64,000 nucleotides of DNA from Eledone cirrhosa (GCA_964016885.1 OZ024741.1:389360001-389424000); one strand, 5' to 3'; shown: positions 11,496 through 24,443, counted from the stretch's first letter. Numbers and translations: made by a program. Notes: generated by a model not told the origin, from the sequence alone.

Positions 11496-11899
11496 GTAGG
11501 TGAGAATTTAGTAAATATTATAAAGAGTCAAGGTGAAATGCGAAAACTCATCTCTAGAACAGCTGTTAAAACGGCCAAATGCTGTCAAAGACAGCGATGG
11601 GCAAAAATGCTTCGGAACAAAGACCAGCGGCCAGCTGTCGACGGAGAGTCAATCTACGAGGTAGGTGACAGGCAGATGAAACAGAAAATATAGAGATAGG
11701 AGCAGGGCAAGGAAAATCGTATAGGCGCATAGAACTGATTGATAGAAGACAATAAAGAAAGGTGGTGTACAAGACAAGTTCCCACACACATCTTCACCCT
11801 CATCAACTCTCAGTCTAGCAAAATGATTTCGTACGATTTAATTGCAAGTACCATTTTAAAAAGGCTGGATCGTGCAACAGAAAAAATAAATCTTCCTGC

Positions 11900-12400
11900 T
11901 GGTATGATATGTGTGTGATAAAACAAACAGAACAGATAACTTTCTTTTTATTTGCCACCAGGGCATCAAAGAGGGGACAAGTACAATGGGGTGAGTTTAC
12001 ATAAAATGGCGTCCTCAATAAGGAGGAGGCAATAACAAAATATAAAAATATAAAATATAAAATATAACAAAAATAAATTGAAAAACAAAATCCTCAATAG
12101 CGAGGAGGCGCCTTGGGGGGTCGCACACACCCCCGAAAAAAGTGTGCAACCCTTCTCCTCAGGAGCACAGAGAGAGGGTGCTCCCATGAACTTTCATCTT
12201 TCTCACCTACAGTCTGATGTAGAGTGAAGGCCCATTCACACAGGCCATTCATCCCCACTTTCACCCATCTTTCATAAAAACGGCTGGGGTGCAGCACCTC
12301 TCTCTCCATCCTGATCCTTCTTCCGAAATGATATCGGAACAAACAGAACAGATAGATAGGCAGACAGATCAGAGTGCGAAGCAAAATAACGTCTTAGCTA
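11900..12400 (-). mobile_element. L1/Tx1-like 3' end remnant
   Basis: FRYHFGRRIRMEREVLHPSRFYERWV followed by a T-rich 3' UTR. A related UTR piece lies at ~46250-46480 (+). Confidence 0.5.
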
Positions 12401-13152
12401 GACTAGGCTGCCGATAGAAAAGGCAAGAAGAAAAAAAAGAAAATAACGAACGGCGGAAGTGGTGGCAAACGGAGGTGACAGCAGGAGCAACTAGTATAGG
12501 GCAGAAGAGAAAGGCGGGGAAGGGAGAGAGGGCCAAAGAAGACGAATAAAATAAAATAACGGATGGCGGAAGTGACGGTAAACATGAGTGACAGCAGGGG
12601 CTGCAAGTAGAGAAAGAGGGAGCAGAGTGAGAAAGTGAAAGAAGAGAAAGAAAAGAAAACAATGGGATAGTGGATCTCAGGCTGTGGTATCTGTCATTAA
12701 TAGAAAACTAAATGTAAATATAATTTGTTTTTGGCCACTGTTTGCTCTTTATATTTATCAACTAGAGTAGATTTCATATGTCAACATTAAATCTCCACGT
12801 AAATACATTTTAATAGAAAAAGGAAAAAAGAAAATTTAGATTGAGAAGAAAGAGTGGAATGTAAAATAGGAAAATATAAATAAAAAAAAAACAAACGGAA
12901 AAGGGAGGGAATGGCAAGGACTCTAGTGTCACAGAAAAATGGGGAGAGGAGGGGGTGGAGGATTGGACTCTGGGTCTATCGTGCGGCGGTAATGGGGTTG
13001 CGCCCCGCGGACATGACCGCAAACGGGGATACTCTCTGCTGGCCGTTGGTCTCTGTCCTGAGGCATTTTTTGCCCATCGTTGTCTTTGACAGCATTTGGT
13101 TGTTGTAGCGAAGAGTTTTCTCATTTTTTCACGAATTCTAATATCTTCATCG

Positions 13153-13242
<90 letters not shown>

Positions 13243-13496
13243 AAGTATGGATGTCGTTGGATATGTGGATCTGTATGTTTTGAGTTATATATGCACATAC
13301 ACATAGATTTTTATATATATATACATGTGTTTGTGTATTACACGCTAAATTTCTGGAATGTTTTACATATACTTACAGTTCCGGTAATGAACTGTGCATG
13401 CAATTTTCCGATTAACCGAGCTCTTTCTGGTTCTACGAAGCTCAGCTTCTCAAGATTTGTACTGAAACAGTTAGTAACATATCCCATATGTATGGA

Positions 13497-14560
13497 TGTT
13501 CTTCTGGTTTTATAATTTCACAAATATTTGCCAATAGAGAGAGAGTCAGGTTCTAACATAGACACAAGACTCTCTCATTGGGATTTACACATCAACTAGG
13601 TAGATATGCATGTATGCATGTGTAGATATGGATGTTATTGTATGTGTGGATGTGGATGTTTTGAGTTGTATGTGTGCATGTGTATATGCTTTGCATCTGT
13701 ACAGGTGTATATGCGGTAATTAGATGCAAAATGTTTGGAATGGTTTACATATTTTTACTGTTCCATTAATGGATTGTACTTGTAATTTCCTAACTAGTTG
13801 TGTTCTTTCTGTTCCTGTGAAGCCTAGCTTCTCAAGATTTGTATTGAGGCAGTTACTAACATACCCCAGTGCCCCAATAATCATAGGCATAAATCTGAAG
13901 GTGTAATCAGGGTGGAGTATCTGCAGATTTCTCATCAGTTTTGCATAAATATTCTCCTTTTCGCTAATCTTTGATATTATATTGACATCTACATCATGCC
14001 TCATAGGTAGATAGTACCGCGATGACATCTTTGAACAGCTGCTGATGACATGTGTGATATCTTCGATGTTAGTTCTGCAGAGTCTGCACTTGTTATCACA
14101 TCTAGGTGTTTTGCCTGCATCCCTATCTCTTTTGTGAATCAGGTATTTCGTGTTAATCTCCTGTTCTTGGATTGCAAAAGCGTATCCTTCAAAGTGGGAG
14201 CCAATATAACGGTTGTTGGTCCAAGATAGACTACTTTCCTTATGTATATTACTCTCACTCTGGAGCTTCCTGGCAACATATCCATGCATGATTTTTTGCT
14301 GATAGGAATGCAGATTTTCATCCATGGATTCACTGCGATACTGCTGAGTGACATCGCTGGGTGTGAGTTTTTGATTATCACACAGGGAATATCTCTCAAG
14401 GATCTTATCTGTTTCATGCAGATAGACTTGCTCGAGAAACGGGCTCCTACGCTTCGAGGTTCGTAGATGTTGTCGGAGAGATATGATGCGACATTCAAAT
14501 GTTGTCTGGACTGATGTTAGGCCTCTGCCACCTTGCTTACGTTTCAAGTAAAGGCGGTCT
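13497..14560 (-). mobile_element. R4/Dong-like RLE LINE, 5'-truncated (family 2)
   Basis: KRKQGGRGL, AIQEQEI, CRLC..EDITHVISSC..RHD, PMIIGALG. Abuts (TATG)n. Confidence 0.85.
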
Positions 14561-14723
14561 ATGTATGTATGTATGTATGTATGTATGTATGTATGTATGT
14601 ATGTATGTTATGTATATATGTGTTATGTATATACATGTATACATATGTATATATATATGCGCGAAGACATAGAAATAATCGGGCTGGATACTCAATTACG
14701 CGGTTAAACCACTGGCGCGTGTA

Positions 14724-17700
14724 GGACCCCTAGCCTTTGTCAGGGCTTTCTTCTAGGAGAAGGCAACTCAGGAAACTGGGATAACTCCAACAGAAAACCT
14801 GCGGCTCAGTAGTTACCGAGAATGTCAATCTTTTCTTCTTTTCAGGTTATAGCTACTGTCGCTCAGAGAGTGGGACAGTCTTTCCTCACTTTAAAAAAAA
14901 TATTCACGCACGGGCATTGCACGATAGCATTAATTGATAATTATTAATAGTGTTATTATCATTATTATTATTAATATTACTTTTTTTCCAATTCAATGAA
15001 GATCCCAACCAATAGATAATTGGCAATAAGGGCTCTGGAACAAAAGAGATAATTGGCAATAAGGGCAGGGGCCCCAGGGGTATCACAGCCTGGGCCCGCT
15101 CGTCATCGTGTCACTGTAATAGAGCCAAACAAGGCATTTAATATTGGCTGCTGAAACGTACGGACGCTGCTTGACAGGGATTCCTCTGAACGTCCTGAAC
15201 GAAGGATCGCTCTTGTTGCAAAGGAGCTTCGACGTTACGATCTTAACAACGTAGCTTTATCCGAGATGAGGTTAGCAGGAGATGGTCATCTTACAGAATT
15301 TTGTGGAGAGTATACATTCTTCAGGAAAGGAAGAGAGGCTAGGGTAGCATTTGCTGTTAAGACTGCTCTTGTGGATGAATTAGAAGAATTCCCAGTGGGA
15401 ATTAGTGAGCGTCTTATGTTCATGAGAATTCCGCTGGACAAAGGAAGATATGCGACCCTGGTGAGTGTGTATGCTCCAACTATGAATTACGTCGATGAGG
15501 AAAAAGTGTCTTTCTACCATCTCTTGAAAGGTGTTTTAAGAAATATCCCTCAGGTAGTCAAGGTCATCGTGCTTGGTGACTTTAATACTAGAGTGGGTAG
15601 GGATTTTAACACATGAAATGTAATTGGAAGGCATGGGGTGGGAAAGTGTAACAACAATGGTATGCTCCTGCTGCAGATGTGTGAGGAGCTGGATCTGTGT
15701 GTTACCAACACCATGTTCCAGCAAAAGAACAAATTTAAGACCACATAGATGTATCGTGCATATAAGGGATGGCATCATTTGGACTACATCCTTATCAGGG
15801 TGCGTGACAGACAGGATGTGCAGTGTGTGCTCTTCGTGGAGCTGAGTGCTGGACATACCACCGCCTGGTACGCGCAAAAATGAAACTAATCACTAAACGT
15901 AAAATCCGGACTCCTGGTGTTACCCTGCCTAGGAGATTGAATGCTGCTCGTCTTAGAGATAATAATGTGAAGAGGACATTGCGAGAAAAGATGCATATTG
16001 CAGATTTTGGTAAGGATTGGCCGACCCTTAAAAAGTCGGTTTATAATGTAGGCAGGCGTGTTCTGGGATCGGTGCAGAGAACGCATCAAGACTGGTTTGA
16101 TGAAAATGATGAATATATAGATGATTTGTTGGCTGATAAGAGACGTGCTCTGTCACACTACTTGGCAGCAAAGTCACAGGAGATGAATATGTTTCATAAG
16201 GAACTCAAAGATGTGATATCACGTGTGAGGCAGAGGCTTTCTCAGATGAAGGATAAGTGGTGGAGTGAGAAGGCTGATGAGATACAAGCTGCATCAGATT
16301 CCAATAGCACAAAGCTGTTGTACAGTCTCTTGCATGAAGTTTATGAACCGTCTTCTTCTCTGGTAACACCACTTCGCAGCAGGGATGGCAAGGAACTTCT
16401 TTGTGACTCACACGGTATTCTACGAAGGTGGCGAGAGCACTTTGATGAACTTTTAAATCAGCTGTCTGTCATCAATGAAGATTTCCTCAATCTAATCCCT
16501 GAAAAACCTGTGAAAGTAGCTCTCACAGAACTACAGACGTTAGAGGAAGTTGCAGTAGCTATCTCGAAGCTGAATAGTGGAAGGTCTCCAGGTATGGATG
16601 ACATACATGCAGAGCTCTTACAATATGGTGGTGAGAAACTTCTGCAACATCTTCCCTCTTTCTTTGGCAGGATATGGGCTAGTGAATCCGTACCTGAAGA
16701 CTAGAGAGATGCCGTAATGGTAGTCTTGTACAAGAGAAAGGGTAACAAGAATGATTGTGGAAACTACAGAGGTATATCATTGCTTTTTGTCGTAGGAAAC
16801 ATTTTATGTAGGGTGCTTCTGGACCGTCTGCTGACACACATTGCAGATTATGTTCTTCCTGAAAGTCAATCTGGTTTTCGTGCTGGACGTGGCACTACTG
16901 ATATGATCTTCTCAGCTAGACAGCTCCAGGAGCTGGAACAAGGAACAAGGTTTGGATCTGTATCAGGTTTTTGTCGATCTGACACAGGCTTTCGATACTG
17001 TTAACAGAAATACATTGTGGAAGGTTCTCCAGAAACTTGGTTACCCTGATAAGTTCCTTGCTTTGGTTAGGTCGTTCCATGACGGCATGAAGGCTTGGGT
17101 TAATGTCAGAGGTAACATGTCGGAGCCTATCTCAGTAAAAAATGGAGTGAAGCAGGGGGATATTCCATCACCGACCCTGTTTGCCATATACTTTGCAATG
17201 GTTTTCTATATTGCATTCAGGAATTGCGAGCATGGTGTTTACATCCAATATCGAACCTCTGGCAGCATATTTAACATCAGGCGCTTTGCTGCAAAAACAG
17301 AAGTATTTACATCAATCATAAGAGACCTCTTGTATGCAGATGATTGCGATCTTGTAGCGCACACAGAGATTGATATGCAGCACATTTTGAATGCATATTT
17401 TTATGCTTGCACTGCCCTAGGATTTACTGTCAGTCTCAAGAAAATCGTCGTCATGTACCAACCTGCCCCAGGTAAGCAGTACAGTGAGCCAAATATCTAT
17501 GTGTATGGTAAACGACTTGGAGTGGTTGATCAGTTTCTCTACCTGGGAAGCATTGTCAATCGATACAGCAATCTTGATAATGAAATTCCACTCAGGATTA
17601 GGAAAGCTAGAAAGGCGCCTCTGGGGTCGGCGAGACATATACAAGAAGATAAAGGTAAAGGCGTACAACGCATGTGTGCTCTCTTCTCTTCTTTATGCCT

Positions 17701-18495
17701 GCGAGCTCTGGGTCACATATCGACACCACTTTAAACAATTGGAGCATTTCCATCAGATGTGTCTCAGACTGATCCATGGCGTTCACTGGAGGGACCACAT
17801 CAGTGATGTCGAGATTTTGGAAAGCTTTCTGTGTGACAGTATAGAAGCTCTTGTGCTTAAGCAAAGACTCCGATGGAGTGGTCACCTTGCCAGGATGAAG
17901 GATTCTAGAATACCGAAACAACTCTTTTATGGAGAGTTAGTTAAAGGAAAACGATTTCCATATAAACCAAAACAAAGGTATAAGGATTCGTCGAAAGCCT
18001 CTTTGTAAGACGCTAACATCTCTGCTGATACATGGGAAAGCGTTGCTGCTGATCGTAATAAATGGAGAAAGACTGTATATGAGGAGAAAGTTGCCTTTGA
18101 GGCATCTCGAATCGCATACGAGAATGTAAAAATGGATGCGAGGAAGGGCATTGCTGTTGCACTTCCAGACGGCGAGGGTCCTCCTATGGTGCTGACATGC
18201 AGCGTCTGTGCGAGACTCTGCCTAAGCAAAGCTGGACTCGAAAGTCATCTTCGTAGTCATAAAGTAAGACCAGTGGTTGACTACCAGGCTTTTGCTGGAG
18301 ATGCTACTCATCATGTCTGTCAAGCATGTGGTAGAGATAGAGAGTGTAGATCAACAGGAGGGTTCAAACGACATGCAAAAGTACATGAGCTCCAACCACA
18401 GCCGGCTATTCCCAGTGAATGATTTGGTTGCCGACTATGTGCAAGACATTTTAGATCATTGGCTGGGCTAACAAGCCATTCGATCGCAGCACTGT
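14724..18495 (+). mobile_element. RTE-clade LINE, near full length, disrupted
   Basis: APE (ALSEMR, SVYAPT, LGDFN) and RT (NYRGISLL, ESQSGFRAGRGTTDM, GVKQG, LYADD, LRWSGHLARM), then C2H2 fingers. Contains several stops and frameshifts. Confidence 0.92.
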
Positions 18496-18510
18496 TAATT
18501 GTTATTGCGC

Positions 18511-18629
<119 letters not shown>

Positions 18630-18647
18630 TATAATTTAAAAAAAAAT

Positions 18648-21600
18648 GTTATTGTTATTGTTATTCCTTGAATCTCAGTCATTGATGTTGGTTAACTGGA
18701 AAGTCCGTTGGATTGAATATCAAGCCACTACCTGCAGCCTCAGATATTCAGGACGTATCGGAGGGTTCTTGCCGTTCCAAGCAAGCATGCCTTTTGAAGC
18801 GTTCCAAAAAGCGTGAAGGGGCCGATTTTCTTTAACCATCCCTGGAAACCTTTGGAGATAGTCCCCAGTGCGCCTATGACAATCGGGATCACTTTGACTT
18901 CATGGCAGTTCCAAATCCTTTTCACCTCCCACTTTAGGTCCTGGTATCGGTTAATTTTCTCCCTCTCCTTCTCTTGCACTCTCGTGTCGAACGGGCAGGC
19001 CACATCCACAATCAGGCACGATCTTTTTTCTTTGTCCACAACCACCAGGTCAGGTCTATTGTGTTCCAGTTTTTTGTCCGTCTGTATCCTAAAATCCCAC
19101 AGCACCTTCACCTGACTGTTCTCCATCACCGCCTCTGGCCTATGCTCATACCATTTCTCAGAATGTGGTAGATTGTTTACTTTGCACAGGTGCCAGTGGA
19201 TCACCCTGCCCATCACATCGTGTCTCCAGCCCTTATAGTGGGTCTGGGCTAGGTGTTTACACTCGGACACAATGTGAGCCACAGTCTCCTCTCTCTCTCC
19301 ACAGATCCTGCACAGTGGGCTAGCCTCCTCCTTGTAGATATGGTGCTTCAACCACTTCGTTTTGAGGGCCTGCTCCTGCGCAGCCATTAACATTCCTTCT
19401 GTAGCCTTTTTGAGGTCTCCTCTTCTCAACCAGTTCCATGTCTGTGGATCTCTAAATTCAGTTTTCTCAAAGAAGGTACTATGAAGGGATTTTCCCTTAA
19501 GGCTGCTCTTCCTCCTTGATGTTATTTCCTCCTTGGGTATCCCCTGGCCTACTGTCCCCTCCTTCAGTACAGCTCTGAGCATTGGCTCCTTACTATAGGT
19601 CACGTATTTGTATAGGTTGTTTTTCTCCATCTGAACACAGTCCTCTATGCTGATAAGACCTCTTCCACCCTCAGATCTCCTTAGGTAGAGTCTATCGACA
19701 TCACTCCTCTTGTGGAACATGTTGTAGATAGTCAATAGCTTCCTAGTCTTCCTATCCATTTCTTTTTGTTCAGCAACATTCCATCTCAGAATTCCCGCAC
19801 TGTACCTAATAATAGACACAGCTCGGGAATTTACTGCGCTTATGGCATTTCTGCTGTTCAGATGTGACTTCAATACGCTCCTTACTCTCCGAATGTATTC
19901 AGTTCTTAACAATTCCTTCATTTTTTTGTTCTTTATGCCATCAGCCTCCAGAACGCCCAAATACTTGTATCCTTCCTCAGAGTCAATTTCCTTTATCATC
20001 TCACCTGTTGGTATCTGGATCCCGTTACTTCTGCTCAACCTACCCCTCCTCATCACAATGACTCCACATTTACCAATACCAAACTGCATACATATATCAC
20101 TGCTGAAAATACGGACAGTGTCAACAAGCACATCCAACTCCTTCTCACTTTTCCCGAAGAGCTTAAGATCGTCCATGAAGAGGAGGTGATTGATGGTAAG
20201 CTCTCCCCTTCCCAACTTGTATCCTGCTCTCACTTTTCGCAGCATAATGGTCAAGGGCATCAGGGCAAGGACAAACAACAGAGGGGACAGGCTATCTCCC
20301 TGGAAGATACCTCTCTTGATCTTCACGCTTCCCAAGGATACTCCAGTTGATGTCAACTCTGTCTCCCAGGACCCCATACTCCTGCCCAGCAACTGTCTGA
20401 TGTTATCTGCCACCCTGAAGATCTCCAGGCTTTTGGTGATCCAGGAATGAGGCACCATGTCAAATGCCTTTCTGTAGTCTATCCATCCCATGGCAAGATC
20501 AGTGTGTCTCCTCCTGCAATTCCCCATTACCATCTTATCAATAAGCAACTGGTCCTTTGTACCACGTGACTTCTTTCGGCATCCTTTCTGTTCGTCCGGC
20601 AACAAGTTGTTTGTGTGGAGGTGATGGTAGATTTCCTCAGACACAATGCTCGTCAACAGTTTCCACATTACGGGCAGACATGTGATAGGTCTATAGTTGG
20701 TAACATCATTACCCTTGATTCGGTCTTTCATTATCAGAACTGTGGTACCTTTTGTCAACCACTCTGGCACCTCACCCGACACCAAGCAGTCATTGAACAT
20801 GGCCGTCAGCTTCGGGTGGAGGGATGTTAAATGTTTAATCCAATACCCCTGCACACCATCTGGGCCTGGTGATTTCCAGTTGGTTAGTTTTTTGGCTTGC
20901 CCCTTAAGAGTTTCAACTGTGATACTCAAATCAGTCTGTTGCTGTGCCTGCTCACCGATCTCCCTCTGTACTGTCTCAATCCACCCTGCCTGGGCATTGT
21001 GTCTAACATCCTGCTCCCATATTCCTCTCCAGAATGTTTTAGCTTGTTCCGCCCCAGGGATCAAGTCGTTGCCTCTTTCTTTCCCCTCAAGCTGTCCAAA
21101 CAGCATCTTCTGGTTGTTGTCGAACATGCGGTTCTGTTTATACTGACTGACTCTGTTCTCGTATCGCCTGATTTTGGCACTCTTTGCTACAATGCGTTGC
21201 TTCAATTCCTCTATGATAATATTTAGCTTTTTACTCCTAGTTTTGTATTTTATTTCCAGTCTATTTTTAGTGCCTATGTTTTTTAGTGTCCCATTCAGTA
21301 GTGACTCAAGCTTTCCTATGTCATTTCTCATTTCCCCGATTTGCCCACTCAGTCGCTTCTTCCACCACGGCTCTGCTCTTTCTTGTCTGTTGTTTCCTCT
21401 CGCTTTTATACCAAGTAGTTTCCTCACCGTATTTGCTGTTGCTTTGAGGATATTGTTGCACTGGTGAAGACTCCTCGCCTCAAGGTATGGGATGACTTTG
21501 TTTACCTTAGCTGTTGTTTCTTTTAACTTTTTCCTGTCTACAAATCTTAGGTTCATAGGTCTCCCACTATCATTGTTCAACTCATCTACCACTAAATTTA

Positions 21601-22272
21601 GGATGTCAACCGAATCTTGTCCTAGCCCGTCAGCATTCATCTCCTCAGTGGCCGTATCTCTGTTCCAGGTATTATTTATCTCAGTATTCAGATCATTGTC
21701 TGCTTCGGGTGGTTCCTCCGTTCTCAGGACCTCCTCACCTTCATTTCCCGCCGGCTCGCTTGTCTGGCATACTACACCCGCCATCTCCAAGCCATTCTCT
21801 CTGCTCAGTTCCTCCAGTTCCAGCTCGCTTATCCACCCATTAGTTCTTATTACCCGAGCCTGCCCGGCCAATTTTTGTTCATCTAATTTAAATAAACCAA
21901 TCTCGTTCCAGATGTTATGCATCCGTCTCCTGTAGCCCCTCTCCTTGGGGTTACTTTTCAGGTAGCATTGCATAACAGTTCTATTCAATTCTTTCGTCCA
22001 GTTGGTTCTGGCCCCTTTCCTTCTTCTTCTTCCTCCAACATCAGCAGTATTTGGTTGACAGTCAGGTTCCTGCTGCTGAGCCAGGGGGCACCTGTTGGGT
22101 GAGAGTCTGTCACATGACGTTCTAGTCTCCATTTCACCGTTATTCGAACTGTTTATGTTCGATATTTAAACACTCTTATCGAGGATTGGCGAATGTATGT
22201 TTACATAGCCATCTGTGGATCCGCCATCCCACTTGGCCCTTGTGTGGCATTATCACCACGCTGTATACGGAC
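18648..22272 (-). mobile_element. R4/Dong-like RLE LINE, apparently full length (family 1)
   Basis: Single long ORF, short 3' UTR and degenerate (TAA/CAA)n tail. The 5' boundary is approximate. Confidence 0.9.
18740..22132 (-). CDS. RT + restriction-like endonuclease polyprotein, 1130 aa, intact
   Basis: WKSPGPDG, NYRPITCL, WIDYRKAFD, GIFQGDSLSP, LFMDDLK, GGRGL, CRIC..ETVAHIVSEC..RHD, RPDLVVVD..DVACP..K..Y. Confidence 0.95.
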   Translation of the reverse strand: METRTSCDRLSPNRCPLAQQQEPDCQPNTADVGGRRRRKGARTNWTKELNRTVMQCYLKSNPKERGYRRRMHNIWNEIGLFKLDEQKLAGQARVIRTNGWISELELEELSRENGLEMAGVVCQTSEPAGNEGEEVLRTEEPPEADNDLNTEINNTWNRDTATEEMNADGLGQDSVDILNLVVDELNNDSGRPMNLRFVDRKKLKETTAKVNKVIPYLEARSLHQCNNILKATANTVRKLLGIKARGNNRQERAEPWWKKRLSGQIGEMRNDIGKLESLLNGTLKNIGTKNRLEIKYKTRSKKLNIIIEELKQRIVAKSAKIRRYENRVSQYKQNRMFDNNQKMLFGQLEGKERGNDLIPGAEQAKTFWRGIWEQDVRHNAQAGWIETVQREIGEQAQQQTDLSITVETLKGQAKKLTNWKSPGPDGVQGYWIKHLTSLHPKLTAMFNDCLVSGEVPEWLTKGTTVLIMKDRIKGNDVTNYRPITCLPVMWKLLTSIVSEEIYHHLHTNNLLPDEQKGCRKKSRGTKDQLLIDKMVMGNCRRRHTDLAMGWIDYRKAFDMVPHSWITKSLEIFRVADNIRQLLGRSMGSWETELTSTGVSLGSVKIKRGIFQGDSLSPLLFVLALMPLTIMLRKVRAGYKLGRGELTINHLLFMDDLKLFGKSEKELDVLVDTVRIFSSDICMQFGIGKCGVIVMRRGRLSRSNGIQIPTGEMIKEIDSEEGYKYLGVLEADGIKNKKMKELLRTEYIRRVRSVLKSHLNSRNAISAVNSRAVSIIRYSAGILRWNVAEQKEMDRKTRKLLTIYNMFHKRSDVDRLYLRRSEGGRGLISIEDCVQMEKNNLYKYVTYSKEPMLRAVLKEGTVGQGIPKEEITSRRKSSLKGKSLHSTFFEKTEFRDPQTWNWLRRGDLKKATEGMLMAAQEQALKTKWLKHHIYKEEASPLCRICGEREETVAHIVSECKHLAQTHYKGWRHDVMGRVIHWHLCKVNNLPHSEKWYEHRPEAVMENSQVKVLWDFRIQTDKKLEHNRPDLVVVDKEKRSCLIVDVACPFDTRVQEKEREKINRYQDLKWEVKRIWNCHEVKVIPIVIGALGTISKGFQGWLKKIGPFTLFGTLQKACLLGTARTLRYVLNI

Positions 22273-22701
22273 ACACATAAACAAACAAACACACGGGCAG
22301 AAAGGGCCCCAAAAATGAATAAGCATAAGTTTCATTGTAATGTAGTATTCGAATGTCTGACTTAGTTTTTGTTTTTTAAGTTTTACTTTTTCCCCCCTCT
22401 TCTCTGTCCGTCCGCCTGCTTCTCTCTTCATTCTTATTTTCTTTACGTTTTTGGGGTTTCTTTTTTTGTTTTTGTTTTTCTCTGTTTTTCTCGTTTTTTA
22501 CTGTTGTTGCTGTGCTGCTTTTGTTGTTTGTTTTTTCTTTTTTCTTTTGAGTCTATCTATATATTTTGATGCCTTCCTCTTTGTTAGTAGTAGGAATTCT
22601 ATAATGTGGAAGTGGTAGCCAGCAGAGACTGGCGGCGTTGGCGATACTGAGACAGTGGTGGTGGTGATGTCGATACCGAGGCAGTGGTGGCGGTGATGCG
22701 A

Positions 22702-23168
22702 CCGTATTACTGTAGTGATGGTGCTGTAGCGGTGGCAGCAGCAGTGAAGGAGTCAGGGGGTGGTGGCGGCGGTGATGGGATAGTGGTGGTAATGATGGCC
22801 GTAGTGAGCGGTGGCGGTGAAGGTGAAAATGCTGTTGTGTTTAGTGTACACAGATGATGGGGTGGGTGGTGTATCTAGTTTCTGGTGTTGGTGAGTTTCG
22901 CTGTCCTATATAGTGTAGCCAGAGGAGAGGAGGGGGGGGGTTCTTCTTCTTCCATTTATAGCCATTTTATTTTTTTTTTTTGGATATACAGTGTACAATA
23001 CAAAGTTGAATATTTGAATATTTGAGCCGTATTACTGTAGTGATGGTGCTGTAGCGGTGGCAGCAGCAGTGAAGGAGTCAAGGGGTGGTGGCGGCGGTGA
23101 TGGGATAGTGGTGGTAATGATGGCCGTAGTGAGCGGTGGCGGTGAAGGTGAAAATGCTGTTGTGTTTA
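22702..23168. repeat. 142-bp direct duplication (22702-22843 and 23027-23168)
   Basis: Two near-identical GGT/GCA-rich copies; I see one difference. Confidence 0.9.
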
Positions 23169-23243
<75 letters not shown>

Positions 23244-23850
23244 GAGTCTCAGTCATTGATGTTATTTAACTCGAAAGTTTGTTGAAATGAATATCAAACC
23301 GCTACCTGCAGCCTCAGATATTCAGGACGCATCGGAGGGTTCTTGCTGTTCCCAGCAAGCATGCCTTTTGAAGTGTTCCAAAAAGCGGGCTGGACTAATC
23401 TTCTTTAACCATCCATGAAAACTCTTTGAGATAGTACCTAGTGCGCCTATGACAATCGGGATGACCTTGATTTCATGGCAGTTCCAAATCCTTTTTAACT
23501 CCGACTTTAAATCCTAGTATCGGTTAACTTACTCTCTCTCCTTTTCTTGCACTCTCGTGTCAAATGAGCAGGCTACATCTACAATTAGGCACGATCTTTT
23601 TTCCTTGTCCAAAACCACCAGGTCAGGCCTATTGTGTTCTAATTTATTTCTTGTTCGTCTGTATCCTAAAATCCCACAGCACCTTCACCTGATCAGTTTC
23701 TAACACCGACTCTGGCTTATGCTCATACCACTTCTCAGAATGTGGTAAATTGTTTACTTTGCATAGATGCCAGGGGAAGACCCTGCCCATCACATCATGT
23801 CTCCAGCCTTTATAGTGAGTCTGGGCTAGGTGTTTACACTCGGATACAAT
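23167..23850 (-). mobile_element. 5'-truncated copy of R4/Dong family 1 with (TAA)n tail
   Basis: High similarity to 18665-19275; (ATT)n at ~23167-23242. Confidence 0.9.
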
Positions 23851-23860
23851 ATGTATGTAT

Positions 23861-24371
23861 GTCAGGTCGCTCTCAAGTACTACTGGTAACATGTAACCCA
23901 TTACAACCTGTTTCATCGTCGGGTCGTCGGCGACTAAACCAGCAACCCCACCAAGCTTACTTGGTGAGGAGGGTGATACTTGGACACCCTGCGGGATGAA
24001 ATACAAGACCCGGCAAAGGGCAGAGGAACTCAACAGAGTCAACTGCCATCCAAATAGTAATTTATTTTCCCCGCCTGGGAATGAAAGGCCCCCAGTTGTT
24101 GTCACAACACCTTTCTAGGAGTGGCAAACTCTGAAAAAAAACCCTGCGGCTTCGTAAGCATCTGATGATGTTGACAAGTTCTCCTTTTCCGGTAGCGTTT
24201 TCGATGCTGGTCGAGTGCAAGGCCTTTCCCCACTTAAAAAACCTTCAAAGCACAGGCATTGCTTGTTCAGGATCTGTTACAGGTTCGTGTGGCTGGCCGT
24301 AGCCTCAAGGTGCACCATTTTCTGTAACCTGACAAGTGATTGCAATACTCTTAGCAGAGTTTGCAGCCACC
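23861..24371 (+). mobile_element. non-autonomous bipartite RTE derivative (diverged relative of 1418-2020)
   Basis: Same start (gtcaggtc), the ggcgactaaac motif, and the same end (gcagccacc). Confidence 0.7.
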
Positions 24372-24443
24372 ATGTATGTATATATATATGTATGCATACA
24401 TACATGTTTGTATGATGTACGTATGTATGTCATGTATCTATGT

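Noticed and set aside
11496-11693. C-terminal extension of the 377-aa ORF
   Set aside because: It reads through a GT donor into a repeat also present inverted at ~13030-13130. The true continuation is at 58638.
18813-22102. Many + strand ORFs opposite the R4 ORF, and - strand ORFs at 46839-49550
   Set aside because: Antisense shadows of LINE coding sequence with no recognisable domains.
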